A stretch of DNA of 64,000 bases from Octopus sinensis. Lineage: Eukaryota. The position numbers and the translations under genes were made by a program. The notes beneath the pieces are model-generated. The model saw only the letters and a list, made by a program, of their open reading frames with translations, was not told the origin of the DNA and made no database searches. Where the stretch lies: assembly GCF_006345805.1 (NCBI RefSeq), contig NW_021833695.1, positions 1 to 64,000 on the forward strand, given 5' to 3'. The first letter of the stretch is position 1. Each line of letters opens with the position of its first letter. Of this stretch, positions 1-11,569 are shown piece after piece.

Positions 1-231
1 ATCTATGTGCATATTTACACCACCAGATGTCTGCAGAAGTGAGAAAGTTTAGAGACAAGAGATGGGTGCAAAGAAAGGAGAGAGAGGAAAGAAAAAGATG
101 TTGCGAAAGAGAGCAATTGAAAGGCCAAGAGAGACAGAGAGATAGAGAAAGAGAAAGAGAATTAGAAACAGAATTAAAAAGTATGGGAGATGGTTAAGCG
201 ATAGAGAGGGCAAGAAAGAGAAGAATATACG

Positions 232-283
<52 letters not shown>

Positions 284-745
284 AGAGAAAGGGACTGAGA
301 GCTTTTGAATTCGTGTAGAAATATAGTTAGAAAAGAGGAGGTAAAAAAACTAATATATATATAATAAAAATTGTTTTTTGTTTTATGATTGTTTTTGTCT
401 GATTTTATGTATAGGTTCATAGGCACACACACATACGCAAATGTGCATGTGCATACACACACACACACACATATATATATATATGTATATAAATATGTGT
501 GTGTGTGTGTGTGTGTTCATATGCGTGTATGCCTTTGTACGTAAATGTAATCGTGTGATATGTTACAGTATTACATCGAAAGTACCTATGCTTAAGAAGA
601 ACAAGAACGGTGGGAGAGGAGGGAGGAATTGGGAGAGGAAAAGTGGGATGAAAGTGGCAGGGGGGAATGAGAGGGTGAAAGTTTATATGCGACACTGAAA
701 CAGACATGTGAAATAGCAGCAATATATATATATACATATATATAT

Positions 746-778
<33 letters not shown>

Positions 779-1980
779 TATATATACATATTTACATGTG
801 TTTGTATATTTATGTATTTATATGTTATGTATAATATATATATATAATCTATGTATATTATATATATTAAAATATATACTGCATACATACATATATTTAT
901 ATATATATATATATAGTATATATATATATTATATATATATATAATATTATATATATATATATTATATATATTATATATATATATATAATACGTACATGTA
1001 CACATACAGTTTTATAATATAGATAAAGCAAAGTTTCCACTTGTTACATATTGCTTGATATTCTTCGTATAAGCTGTCCGTCCACTTCTTAACCATAAAT
1101 TATGTTTGTTTTCTTTTTATCATTTTTTATTATTTTTTTTTGTATATATATATATATGTCTGGTGTTGCCATGTTGTGCTGACAACACACATTTGACCAA
1201 TGTCTCATGACTATGTGGCTTTCCTTCTCTCTCTCTTTCTCTCCCATTCTCCTTCTTCTTCTCTCTCTCTCTCTCGCACGGATACACAAAATATACACGC
1301 ACACGTGAACACATATAAACGCTCATACACATACATATGCACACGCAATTCTCTGCCGCGACATTATGTTCCCTCTAAAGAAATAATGCTTTCAATTTAT
1401 TTGTAAAGGTTAGCAATGACTGTTTACATCAATGGACAAAGGTTGACTTGAAAAACACTCATTCAAACATGTGTATTACCTTACTTTATTATCAGTAAGT
1501 ATCACAAGACTGGTAAATAATGTTGTTCTTACAACAGCATAAGGTGGGGGGACGGGGCCAGACGTAAGGGAAGGGCGATATTCCTTCGAAATAAACGATT
1601 TAAGCGACCATATGTAGTAGTTTGGAATATATTAGAATATAAACGTTAGCTGGACGAGTTCTATTCTTTATTACTTAGTAAACGGAGAACAGGCCTTTTT
1701 GAAACTATTTACAAGATCTTGTCCCAGATATATGGGTATTTTACTCTAACTAATTCGACAGATACCCGTCCTGAACTTCGGGTAGGTTTCAGTCTACAGA
1801 ATTAAACAGAATTAGAGGTTTGATCAAAATACTTGAACTTGGGTCAGAAGCATTCCAGACTGTGCCGTCCGTCATTGGCAGACTGGGTAGATTCTCAGAG
1901 ATCTCACTGGTTTAAGGGCCAAATATGTATCTTGATATTAATAAATAATATATGAAATCCTTGTCTCAGATTAATGATTA

Positions 1981-2386
1981 TATTCTTTTCTACTCTAGGC
2001 ACAAGTCTCGAAATTTTGGGGGAAGGGACCAGGCCATTAGATAGACCCCAGTACGCAACTGGTACTTAATTTATCGATTCAGAAGGGATGAAAAGCAAAG
2101 TTGACCTCGGTGGAATTTGAACTCAGAACGTAAAGACAGACGAAATACTGCTAAGCATTTCGCCCGGCCAGCTAACTTTTCTTATTTCTTTACTGCCGAC
2201 AAGGGGCTACAAGGACAAACAAGGACAGACAAACAGATTAATTCGATCATATCGACCTCAGTACGCACTGGTACTTAATTTAGCGACCCCCGAAAGAATG
2301 AAAGTCAAAGTTGACCTCGGTGAAATTTGAACGTAAAGACAGACGAAATACCCGGCTTTCTAACGTTTCTGCCACCTTGCCGCCTT
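1981..2386 (-). mobile_element. Two fused or nested family-B tRNA-derived SINEs with different tails (Meta/MESC-like central domain)
   Basis: Two copies of the ...ctggtacttaattta(t/g)cga...gatgaaa..caaagttgacctcgg.g.aatttgaac block. The pair is flanked by a 12-bp direct repeat AGATTAATGATT (1968-1979 and 2387-2398), a candidate TSD. Confidence 0.8.
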
Positions 2387-2446
2387 AGATTAATGATTCT
2401 ATTATATATATTATATTGTAATTATATTACAAAATATCATAAATAT

Positions 2447-2919
2447 AAGGTGTAAGGGTGGCTCCGTGGTACGAAGCTTGCTTCCTAACCACATGGTTCC
2501 GTGTTCAGTCCCACTCTGGCCGACCAAAATTTTGTGAGTGGATTTGGTTGTCGAAAGCTGATAGCCCGTCGTATATATATATATATAAAGATATAATATA
2601 TATATATATATATTATATATATATATATATATATTTAATATATTTATATAATATAAATATATATATATATATATTATATCTACATGCGTGCGTTGTATGT
2701 GAGTGTAGTATGCATTTGTACTCCAAGACTGCTTGACAACCAGTTTTGGCATGTTAATTTTCCTATAACGTAGTGGTTCGGCAAAATAGAGCGATAGAAT
2801 AAATACAAGATTTTCAAAATAGAAAATACTACGGTCGCGTCATTCGACTAAAGAATTCTTCAGTGTGGTGCCCCAGAATGGTCGCAGTCTAATGACTGAA
2901 ACAAGTAAAAGGTAAAAGG
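2447..2919 (+). mobile_element. Family-A tRNA-derived SINE, internally deleted, with internal (TA)n
   Basis: Matches the other family-A copies (aaccacatggttcc..ttcagtcccact; gtgagtggatttgg; gcagtc.aatgactgaaacaagtaaaag tail). Confidence 0.8.
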
Positions 2920-3305
2920 CCAGGATGCAAGTGATTCATTTGACATCCGTTTTAAACGTATTTAAGATAAATCCTACAGGAGGAAACGTAACAAGTGTTT
3001 GATATTCATACTCGTAACAGAGTGATCACTGCTACAAGCATTCAGAGTAGAATATGAGAAGTTTGGAGCAGCCATTTTAGCATCGTTCGTTGGACACTGA
3101 TTGAAGAGACGTTTTGACATTTCTCTCGTTCTCCCCACTACTCTGTTTGTGTGTGTGAGCATATTTCTCCTTAAGTGTGATGTGAGGGAAAACGTTTATG
3201 CTAATCATGTTCAATTACTATATTGAAATCTCTCTCTCTTTCTCTCTTCTTTCTCTCTCTATCTATCTAGTTATCTATCTATCTATCTAGCTACCTATCT
3301 ATCTG

Positions 3306-3692
3306 GACAGTTGTACATTCACTGCGGAAGTATCGTGTTCCTGGGGTATGTGGATCTGTTGGTAATTATATGCATATGGTTGTGTTATGCTGATGAAGAG
3401 AAATAGATTCTCTCTGTCATTCCGAAATCAATTGATCCATAGCTGAACCTATTCATGAATCTTTTCGTTTACTTCCTCGCTTTCAGTGCGTGTTTATATG
3501 AGGTAGTTTTGCACCATTTCGCATCTTCTTTTAGCATGTGGCTTAGTCTATCGTAAGACTCTGTTTTTATCCCTTAATATGGTTTTATAAATATAGTTAT
3601 AAAATTATACTTTCTATGAAATTTTTAACTTAATTCGTTATGACATTCTGGCTACTTGATAAAATCAAATATAGAGGTTATCCTTAATTTTA
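3306..3692 (+). mobile_element. Penelope-like pseudo-LTR fragment carrying an HHR
   Basis: Contains the HHR at 3384-3443. The downstream ttcctcgctttcag block is shared with the cassette at 31684-31910. Ends in a TA-rich tract. Confidence 0.6.
3384..3443 (+). ncRNA. Type I hammerhead ribozyme motif, canonical core
   Basis: Stem I GUUAUG/CAUAGC; CUGAUGA 3390-3396; hairpin AGAGAA/UUCUCU plus an unpaired CUGUCAUUCC in the stem II region; GAAA 3424-3427; palindromic stem III A-UCAAUUGA-U; predicted cleavage after AUC (3437). Confidence 0.65.
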
Positions 3693-3720
3693 ATATATAT
3701 ACATACATATACATACATGT

Positions 3721-4052
3721 GAAGGCGCATGGCTCAGTGGTTAGAGCGTCGAGCTTACGATCGTGAGGTTGTGAGCTCGAATCCCGGACCGGGCTGCGTG
3801 TTGTGTTCTCGAGCAAGGCACTTTATTTCACGTTGCTCCAGTTCACTCAGCTGTAGAAATGAGTTGCGACGTCACTGGTGCCAAGCTGTATCGACCTTTG
3901 TCTTTCCCTTGGATAACACTGGTGGCGTGGAGAGGGAGCTGGTATGCATGGGCGACTGCTGTCTTCCATAAACAACCTTGCCCGGACTTGTATCTAGGAA
4001 GGTAACTTTCTAGGTGCAACCCCATGGTCATTCATGACCGAAGGGGGTCTTT
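3721..4052 (+). mobile_element. Family-C tRNA-derived SINE (V-domain-like), near full length
   Basis: Pol III A box TGGCTCAGTGG and B box-like AGCTCGAATCC, then gtgttctcgagcaaggcacttt. A second copy is at 57537. Confidence 0.85.
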
Positions 4053-4094
4053 ATATATATATATATATATAATATATATATATATATATAGTAG

Positions 4095-4133
<39 letters not shown>

Positions 4134-4224
4134 ATAGTACATACATATATACATGTGTGTGTATAAGTATATATATACATACACCCACACATATATATAT
4201 GTATTATATATATATATATATATA

Positions 4225-4460
4225 TTAAGGTATGTAGAAAAATACAACATGGACAGAAACGTATAACTCATAGAAGACGATCCAATAAACATGCCAGGAC
4301 ATTCGAACCCCTCCTCAGTCTTCAGTCAAGAACCGGATCATCGTAGTAATTTCGGCTGATTAATCTTGAGATTAATAATATCTATATATCTATATATATA
4401 TATTATAGTATAATATAGGTGAATGAATTATCCCATGTTTCTCGTCAGCATGGAATGCGT
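4225..4460 (-). mobile_element. Decayed PLE pseudo-LTR fragments between (TA)n tracts
   Basis: The minus strand carries CTGAAGA/CTGAGGA, CCGAAA and CCATG-CTGACGA-GAAA-CATGG, an HHR relic lacking stem II. TA arrays adjoin. Confidence 0.4.
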
Positions 4461-4577
4461 TTAAAAACGAAACCTGGGTAGCAAATTCACGTCAGAAACA
4501 CGGTTGAAGGCGACCTGTCCAAGGGTAGAAACTCCGGGTTCATGTGCAGAGATTTTGTTGTGTTGTATATGAATAAA

Positions 4578-4769
4578 TAAAGAATGGAGTCGAACGAAGA
4601 TGTTAACAAAATTCCTTTAATCTCGACATATGTCGAGGCTCCCTTTCTTTCCTGATGCGAATATTGCATAATGCACCCTTTATTCCTTTGGAATGAAAAC
4701 ATGTTGTCTTCGAAACGTATGTCGAGAGTAAAGGAATTTTGTTAACATCTTCGTTCGACTCCATTCTTT
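4578..4769. repeat. Inverted-repeat (fold-back) cassette of PLE pseudo-LTR type
   Basis: Arms of about 54 bp (4578-4631 and 4717-4769) are near-perfect reverse complements. The spacer has CTGATGC...CGAAACGTA, a decayed HHR. Confidence 0.8.
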
Positions 4770-4784
4770 CATTTATTTATATAT

Positions 4785-4833
<49 letters not shown>

Positions 4834-4916
4834 CGTGTATGTATGTGTGTGTGTGTGTTTATATATGTATGTTGTGTCCAAGGAGAGTCATTATGCAAAT
4901 CAGATACATAAATGGA

Positions 4917-4950
<34 letters not shown>

Positions 4951-4952
<2 letters not shown>

Positions 4953-5410
4953 TGATAAAAATGGTAAAACAGCAAAAGAATGAAAGAGACCTCGATATTA
5001 TATAAATGGAGGAATTTATCTGTAAATGTAATATGTGACAATTATTCGGTAGCCATGAAAAAACTCCGAGTTTCGGATGCCGTCATCTCTTCAGTTAAGG
5101 GCTAATACACCTTATTTTGGAAAGTCGCCAGACATCGGTTGAGGACTCTGCCCCGTAGAAGAATTCAATGTGGACGCCTACTACATCGATTATTCTATGA
5201 AAAACATACCTATACCATCAAGGGAACTATACTCTAAGAAACTTTTGGAGATTATTACAGACCTGATTAAGCGATGGAAAGCTTTCTTTTATAACATGGA
5301 AGAATGGCCGGATAACTGAAGAGATGGCGGCGTGGATTTCCACGTCGGCATCCGAAACTCGGAGTTTTATCATGGCTACCGAATAATTGTCACATATTAC
5401 ATTTACAGAT
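4951..5410. mobile_element. Fold-back PLE cassette: inverted HHR-bearing arms around a PLE ORF N-terminal fragment
   Basis: Arms ~5017-5097 and ~5313-5410 are reverse complements. The spacer (+, 5161-5318) translates EFNVDAYYIDYSMKNIPIPSRELYSKKLLEIITDLIKRWKAFFYNMEE, resembling the YSxKNIPIP...LIKRMRWKAFF N-terminus of PLE ORFs. (TA)n on both sides. Confidence 0.75.
5311..5371 (+). ncRNA. Type I hammerhead ribozyme motif, canonical core
   Basis: Stem I GAUAA/UUAUC; CUGAAGA 5316-5322; long stem II GAUG..CGUGG-AUUU-CCACG..CAUC; GAAA 5354-5357; stem III ACU-CGG-AGU; predicted cleavage after GUU (5366). An inverted copy with a shortened stem II lies at ~5057-5097 (-). Confidence 0.7.
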
Positions 5411-5669
5411 ATATATATATATATCTTATTTATCGATATACATACTCACGTGTTTCAAACAATAAGTACTATTCGAACGTTAACACACATTCCCCCCCCA
5501 CACACACACACACAGAAATCTACATACACATCCCGAAATATTCAGTTACATAGATACAAATCTTTAATTCTATAAACTCAAAATAAGATTTATATTAACA
5601 CACGCGCGAACACCAACATCAGTACACAGTTCTCCTGGTTCTACAAAAATGCATATATATGTATCAATG

Positions 5670-5703
<34 letters not shown>

Positions 5704-6689
5704 TGCATGCATGTATGCATGTATGTATGTGTGTTTGTATGTATATGTGTGTGTGCGTGCGTTGGTGTGCTCATATATATGTCTGTGTGTGTGTGTGTAA
5801 ATATGTATGTATAATGCATGTAATTATATGTATAGGTATATTTATATATATATATGTATCTGTATATACATATTTGTACACATATATATATATACATATA
5901 TGATTACAAATATATATATATATGTTTGTAATTATGTATGTATACATATGTGAGTGTACATAAATGTATATATAGATACATACATTCACGCACATGTACG
6001 TATGCATATGTATGCATATACACCTACATACATACATACGTGTATGCGTGCGTGTGAGTCTTTTTCTGTGTATGTATTATTGCATCCAAGTATGGGCATG
6101 TGTTTGTGTTTGTGTGTATGGGCATAGGTGTATGTGTGTGTGTGTGTACGTGTATGTAACTATATATGTATATATGTATCCGTGCGTTACTATATTACCC
6201 TATGAAATGCTTCGCTTTAGAAATTCTCTCTTTATAAATTTCTCTATTTTTCTCGAAGTTTCTTCACTTTTCTGTCATCTGCAACATTTCCAAGAATTTT
6301 CAAGAATTTTTGCCTCAAGTTTATTGAGAGGAATGCATCAGCATTTACGTATAGAATTTTTCAATTCTTTCATTAGGATTGTCCTTGCAGTGAATATTTT
6401 ACACATGAAAGAAAGTATTATAAAATAGCAATGTGAAACAAGCAGATACAATCTATTGGCGAAGTTTATATCCCGAAGAATTCTTCAACGATTTAATACT
6501 TTATAAGATGTCATTTGAGTACATTTTAGAATACGCTACTGTTTCTACAACGGCGCTGTTCTGTCGTTCTACCATTCTGTCGTTCTGTTGTTCTGTCGTT
6601 CTGTTCTGTTATACATACTCTTATATCTGTCTCGTTTGTAACCTTGTAAATTTCAGTGTATATGCACACGCAAAGATCGCTTACAATCC

Positions 6690-7062
6690 TGTGAAACCTC
6701 GTGGTTTTGAGGTTCGATTCCACGGAGCAGCATCTTGGGCGAGTATCTTCGATTACAGTTCCGGACCGACCAACGACATGTGAGTGAATTTGGTAAAAGA
6801 AAACTAAGTGAAAGCCCTGCACATGTGTGTGTCTGTGTGTGTGTGTGTGTGTGTATGCGCACGTGTCTGTGTGCTTCTATGTGTATGCTTGTCGCCTCTT
6901 CACGACTTGTGTTCGTTTGTTGATGTCCCCGTTGCCTACTAGTTCGGTAAAAATGATCGACATAAATACCAGACTTTAAAAATAGTACTGGATTCGATCT
7001 GTTCCGATAAAACCCTTCAAAGTGGTGCCCCTGCTTGGCCGCCTTCCAGTAACTGAAACATG
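6690..7062 (+). mobile_element. Diverged family-A SINE
   Basis: gtgagtgaatttgg, internal (TG)n, and an ...aactgaaaca tail. Confidence 0.65.
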
Positions 7063-7081
7063 TATGTATGTATATATATAT

Positions 7082-7312
7082 GTTTCTTTATTACCCACAA
7101 GGGGCTAAACATAGAGGGGACAAACAAGGACAGACAAACGGATTAAGTCGATTACATCGGCCCCAGTGCGTAACTGGTACTTAATTTATCGACCCCGAAA
7201 GAATGAAGGGCAAAGTCGACCTCGGCGGAATTTGAATTCAGAACGTAGCGACGGGCGAAATACCGCTTAGCACTTCGCCCGGCGTGCTAACGTCTCTGCC
7301 AGCTCGCCGCCT
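7082..7312 (-). mobile_element. Family-B SINE, full length
   Basis: The minus strand reads ggcggcgagctggcagagacgttagcacgccgggcgaa...cccttgtgggtaataaagaaac. Confidence 0.9.
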
Positions 7313-7320
7313 TATATATA

Positions 7321-7757
7321 GGCGTGGCTAGGTGGTAAGAAGTTTGCATGCCAACTCCATGGTTCCGGGTTCAGTCCCACTATGTGGCAACTTGGGCAAG
7401 TGTCCTCTGCTATAGCCTCTGGTTGCAAAAGCGTTGTGAGTGGATATAGTAGACTGAAACTGAAAGAAGCCCGTCGTATATGTTATTGTATGTTTGTGTG
7501 TGTGTTTGTCCCTCCTTCATCGCTTGACAACCGATGTTGGTATGTTTACGTCACTGTAACTTAGCGGTTCAGCAAAAGAAACCGATAGCATAAGTACTAG
7601 ACTTAGCATAAGTACTAACGTAGTGGTTCGGCAAAGAGACCAATAGAATAAATACTAGGCTTACAAAGAATAAGTTCTGGGGTCGAATCGTTCGACTAAA
7701 GGTGGTGCTCTATCATGGCCGCAGCGAAATGACTGAAACAAGTAAAAGACTAAAAGA
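7321..7757 (+). mobile_element. Family-A SINE
   Basis: Full family-A organisation with a small internal duplication near 7560-7660. Confidence 0.85.
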
Positions 7758-7809
7758 ACAACAGAATATATATTTAACGTCATAAAAATGTATAAACTTC
7801 AAGAGAATT

Positions 7810-8400
7810 TGAAAGACATTGTAGCAGCGTATATTGGATTTTAGAAAAAGAAACTCATTGGTTAGAAAACGCTGAAGGCTGCCCGTAGAACCCAAATCCT
7901 CATTTCCTCTAAGCATTTGCGAGTTTGTGGGCGCTGTATCAAAATCCATGTCTTCTAACAACTCATCTAAATTAGAAGACTGGAACCCGCGTTTTCTGCC
8001 TCTGCTTCTTTTACAACTTTCATTTAAGGACCTTTATTGTTTTCCTACATACCCATCTCTGTGCCTCTCCAGCTATCTATCCTTTTCTTATCTTTCTACT
8101 TAGTGGCTACCTAACCACATCCACTTTATTTGTATTTTGGGCGTCCCTTTCACAAGCTGAAATTTTCATTTCTCATTTGATTTTGTTTTTTATTTTACTT
8201 TTTTTCTTTTTAGCGATTGGCCATTTTTTCGCTGACTTATTCGTTCACTCTTTTGCTTACCACTTGAGGCAATGCATACTTCGTTGAGATGTGATGATCA
8301 GAAGATTAACTCAGCTGCGTTGTGTTCGTTACTACATACTTAACGGACTTCAGATAGCTATGAAACAATTGTAGTCGTTATGCTATCTGTTCCATTGATG
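7810..8400 (+). pseudogene. Possible heavily decayed PLE 3' end (GIY-YIG relic plus HHR relic)
   Basis: One frame gives YIG...SKHLRVCG...IRRLE with stops. At 8341-8380, TAACGGAC...GAAA-CAATTG-TA-GTCGTTA keeps HHR stem I/III geometry with a broken core. Confidence 0.3.
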
Positions 8401-9479
8401 ATATTTTTATAGTGATCAAAAGTGTTCACTGCATATTAACCCACTTTCGCCCCGAAAAATAGCAGAAGAACCAGTGATAAGGGAAAGCGAATTATTTTAC
8501 GTGTCCTTTTGCAGTGCGAAATACACATGTACATGTATGTAACTATATGTGTATATATGTATCCGTGCTTAACTATATATGCTATGAAATGCTTCACTTT
8601 AGAAATTCTCTCTTTGTAATTTCTCTATTTTTCTAATTTTACGTGTCCCTTTGCAGTGAGAAATACACTAAATTCAAATGTCTCTGAAACCACCCTATAC
8701 TGCCTTATGATGGAAGGCCATTTTGGGTAAAACGCAGTACGGCATATATTATGACGTCTGAGAATAAAGATTTATGTTTCGCCTGAGAATAAGACAAGGT
8801 GAGAAAAGTTGAGGTGTTTTTGACTCTATTTTTGCTCCATGAAATCTTGCCTGGAGTTAAAAATAAAAACAAGAACACAGATATAAACTATCCCTCACAC
8901 TTAGTCTATACAGTAATGTAACAGCAGCATCAATGAATTCACTACATGAAAACATGTTATACAAGAACACACGAGACAAATGACCGTTGCACAAGGACAA
9001 CATCTGTCCATTAAACCTATCTCCATTTTAGACGTCAACAGAACTTATACAAATATACGAAATCTGGACGTTATACCAAACGTGGCCGTGATTGAATGGT
9101 TTAAAAATGAACTTTTTACTACATGACATCAGGTTAAATCCTATTATTTTCTGTTATAACTTCGGTTTAAAAAATGTCTTGCAAGGATTTTCTCCACATT
9201 AAATATTCCATCGTTAAACCAGACAACAATTAGTACAATGAATGGGCAGAAATAGAGCTCCATATTTAGATAGCTAACAATCTGAATATCCCTTGCCAAT
9301 TGAATATTTAGATAGTTAACTATCGAGACCAGTGATTCTCAGCCATTGTTTTATTAATGACCCTCTTTATTCGTATTTTACTCAAGTAGACCTCGGTAGC
9401 CATTTCATGCTTAAAATGTCCAATCATATTTTTATAATTAAATATTATAAGATATTGTTTTAAAAAATTATCAAAATTT

Positions 9480-9632
9480 ACATAAGAAGTTTATTTCCCA
9501 GTGACATGGTTCCGAGTTCAGTCCCTCTGCGTAGCACCTTGGGCAAGTGTTTTCTACTATAACCTCGGGCTGACCACGACCTTGTGAGCGGATTTGGTAA
9601 ACGGAAACTGAAAGAAGCCCGTCGTATATATT

Positions 9633-9689
<57 letters not shown>

Positions 9690-9910
9690 CTATGTATGTG
9701 TGCCTGTGTTTGTACCTCCATCACCACTTGACAACCAGCGTTGGTGTGTTTATGTCTCTGTAAACAAGTGGCTCGGCAACAGAGACCGATAGAATAAAGT
9801 ACTAGGCTTAAAAAAAATAAGCTCTGGCGTCGATTCATCTGACTAAAAATTCTAGGTGGTACTCCAGCATGCCCGCAGTCAAATGACTGAAACAGGCAAA
9901 AGATAAAAGA
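9480..9910 (+). mobile_element. Family-A SINE
   Basis: Consensus blocks plus internal (TA)n(TG)n. Confidence 0.85.
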
Positions 9911-9952
9911 TATATTATTTTGTGTATTGAAGGAGTATAATCAATTTATTAC

Positions 9953-9997
<45 letters not shown>

Positions 9998-10000
<3 letters not shown>

Positions 10001-10258
10001 TCTTTTACTCTTTTACTTGTTTCAGTCATTTGACTATGGCCATGCTGGAGCACTGCCTTTAGTCGAGCAAATCGACCCCAGGACTTATTCTCTGTAAGCC
10101 TAGTACCTATTCTATCGGTCCCTTTGGCAGAACAGCTAAGTTACGGGGACGTAAACACACCAGTATCGGTTGTTAAGCGATGTTGTGGGGACAAACACAA
10201 ACACACAAACATATACACACACACACACATATATATATATATATGTATGTGTGTGTGC

Positions 10259-10296
<38 letters not shown>

Positions 10297-10443
10297 TGTG
10301 TGTATATACTAATTCTACTCACAAGGCTTTGGTAGGCCCGAGGCTACAGTAGAAGACACTTGCCCAAGGTGCCACACAGTGGGACTGAACCTGGAACCAT
10401 GTGGTTTGTAAGCAAGCTACATACCGCACGGCCACTCCTTGCA
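9998..10443 (-). mobile_element. Family-A SINE
   Basis: Full reverse-complement copy, tail-to-tail with 9480-9910. Confidence 0.9.
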
Positions 10444-10639
10444 CATAAATTTTAACAACAATATCTTATATGGACCATCAAGTGCCATACGGACCCGGTT
10501 GAGAACCTCTGATCTAGATGACTATATATCTTACTTTCTAGATAGCGATATAGCTAATAATATAGATAGTAAGGTGGCTAATTTTCTAGAAAGCTATGTA
10601 GGGGGCTTTACAGCTTAGCAGACAAATGTGAGTTTACTC

Positions 10640-11060
10640 ACAGAGATAGAAGACACGCATATATTCTGAAAGCCTCATTAACATCTATTATTGTTAAATC
10701 AAACCAGTCAGGTGTTATCAAAAGGGAGAGTGGCGAGTATGTAGAACAAATGGATCAGAGAATGTAAGGAGCAAAATCTTGACGAAATTACACCTATTGA
10801 TGCTTTGAAGAGAGTAAGGACAAGGTTCCTGACTTGAGATGATAAGCTTAATAAAATTAGAAAGTAAATAGCTGGAATAGATATTGAATGATTTTACAAT
10901 GGGTTGTTAACTGTCTAGAGTGAAGAAAAGTAATTTTCTGGGTGAATGATCACTCAGCTGTGAACGTCCAAGAAAAGGATTTTAATAATTCCGAGTTTCG
11001 GAGATCGTTTATATGACAATGGACACTGCAAATGCAGAGTAATTAATGTTGGCCTACATA
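10640..11060 (+). pseudogene. Possible decayed CR1/L2-type LINE RT fragment
   Basis: Frameshifted peptides ILKASLTSIIVKSNQSG, DKVPDLR and LQWVVNCLE*RKVIFWVNDHS occur in the order expected for CR1 RT domains 0-3. Confidence 0.3.
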
Positions 11061-11100
11061 ACTTTAACTAAGAAGTGCTAACATGTATGCTGTATGTATG

Positions 11101-11137
11101 TATGTATATAAATCTACATGTAACTATGTGGTGCTTG

Positions 11138-11170
<33 letters not shown>

Positions 11171-11206
11171 AAGCACCACATAGTTACATGTAGATTTATA
11201 TACATA
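11101..11206. repeat. Perfect 43-bp inverted repeat centred on (TA)n
   Basis: 11101-11143 is the exact reverse complement of 11164-11206. Confidence 0.95.
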
Positions 11207-11231
11207 TATACATACATATGTATATATATAT

Positions 11232-11275
<44 letters not shown>

Positions 11276-11390
11276 TACACATATACATACATACATACAT
11301 GTATACACAACTATGTGTGTATATGTTTGTGTGTACATATGGGCTTACGTATGGGTGATTCTGTGTATGTGAGTGTTTGTGTGCGTGTGT

Positions 11391-11520
<130 letters not shown>

Positions 11521-11569
11521 ACTATATATATATATATAATATTATATATATATATATATATACATATGT

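Larger units (their letters stand above)
9330..10511. mobile_element. hAT (Charlie-type) MITE carrying two nested family-A SINEs
   Basis: Termini CAGTGATTCTCAGCC and GGTTGAGAACCTCTG. The 8-bp flanks ATCGAGAC and ATCTAGAT resemble the Charlie NTCTAGAN target. Confidence 0.7.

Noticed and set aside
3499-3515. TGAGGTAGT let-7-like seed (a shorter match also at ~13602)
   Set aside because: Only 8-9 nt match and there is no precursor hairpin.
3721-3795. tRNA-like sequence with A and B boxes (also 34673 and 57537)
   Set aside because: It continues into a repeated SINE body, with no proper acceptor stem or poly-T terminator. It is a SINE head, not a tRNA gene.
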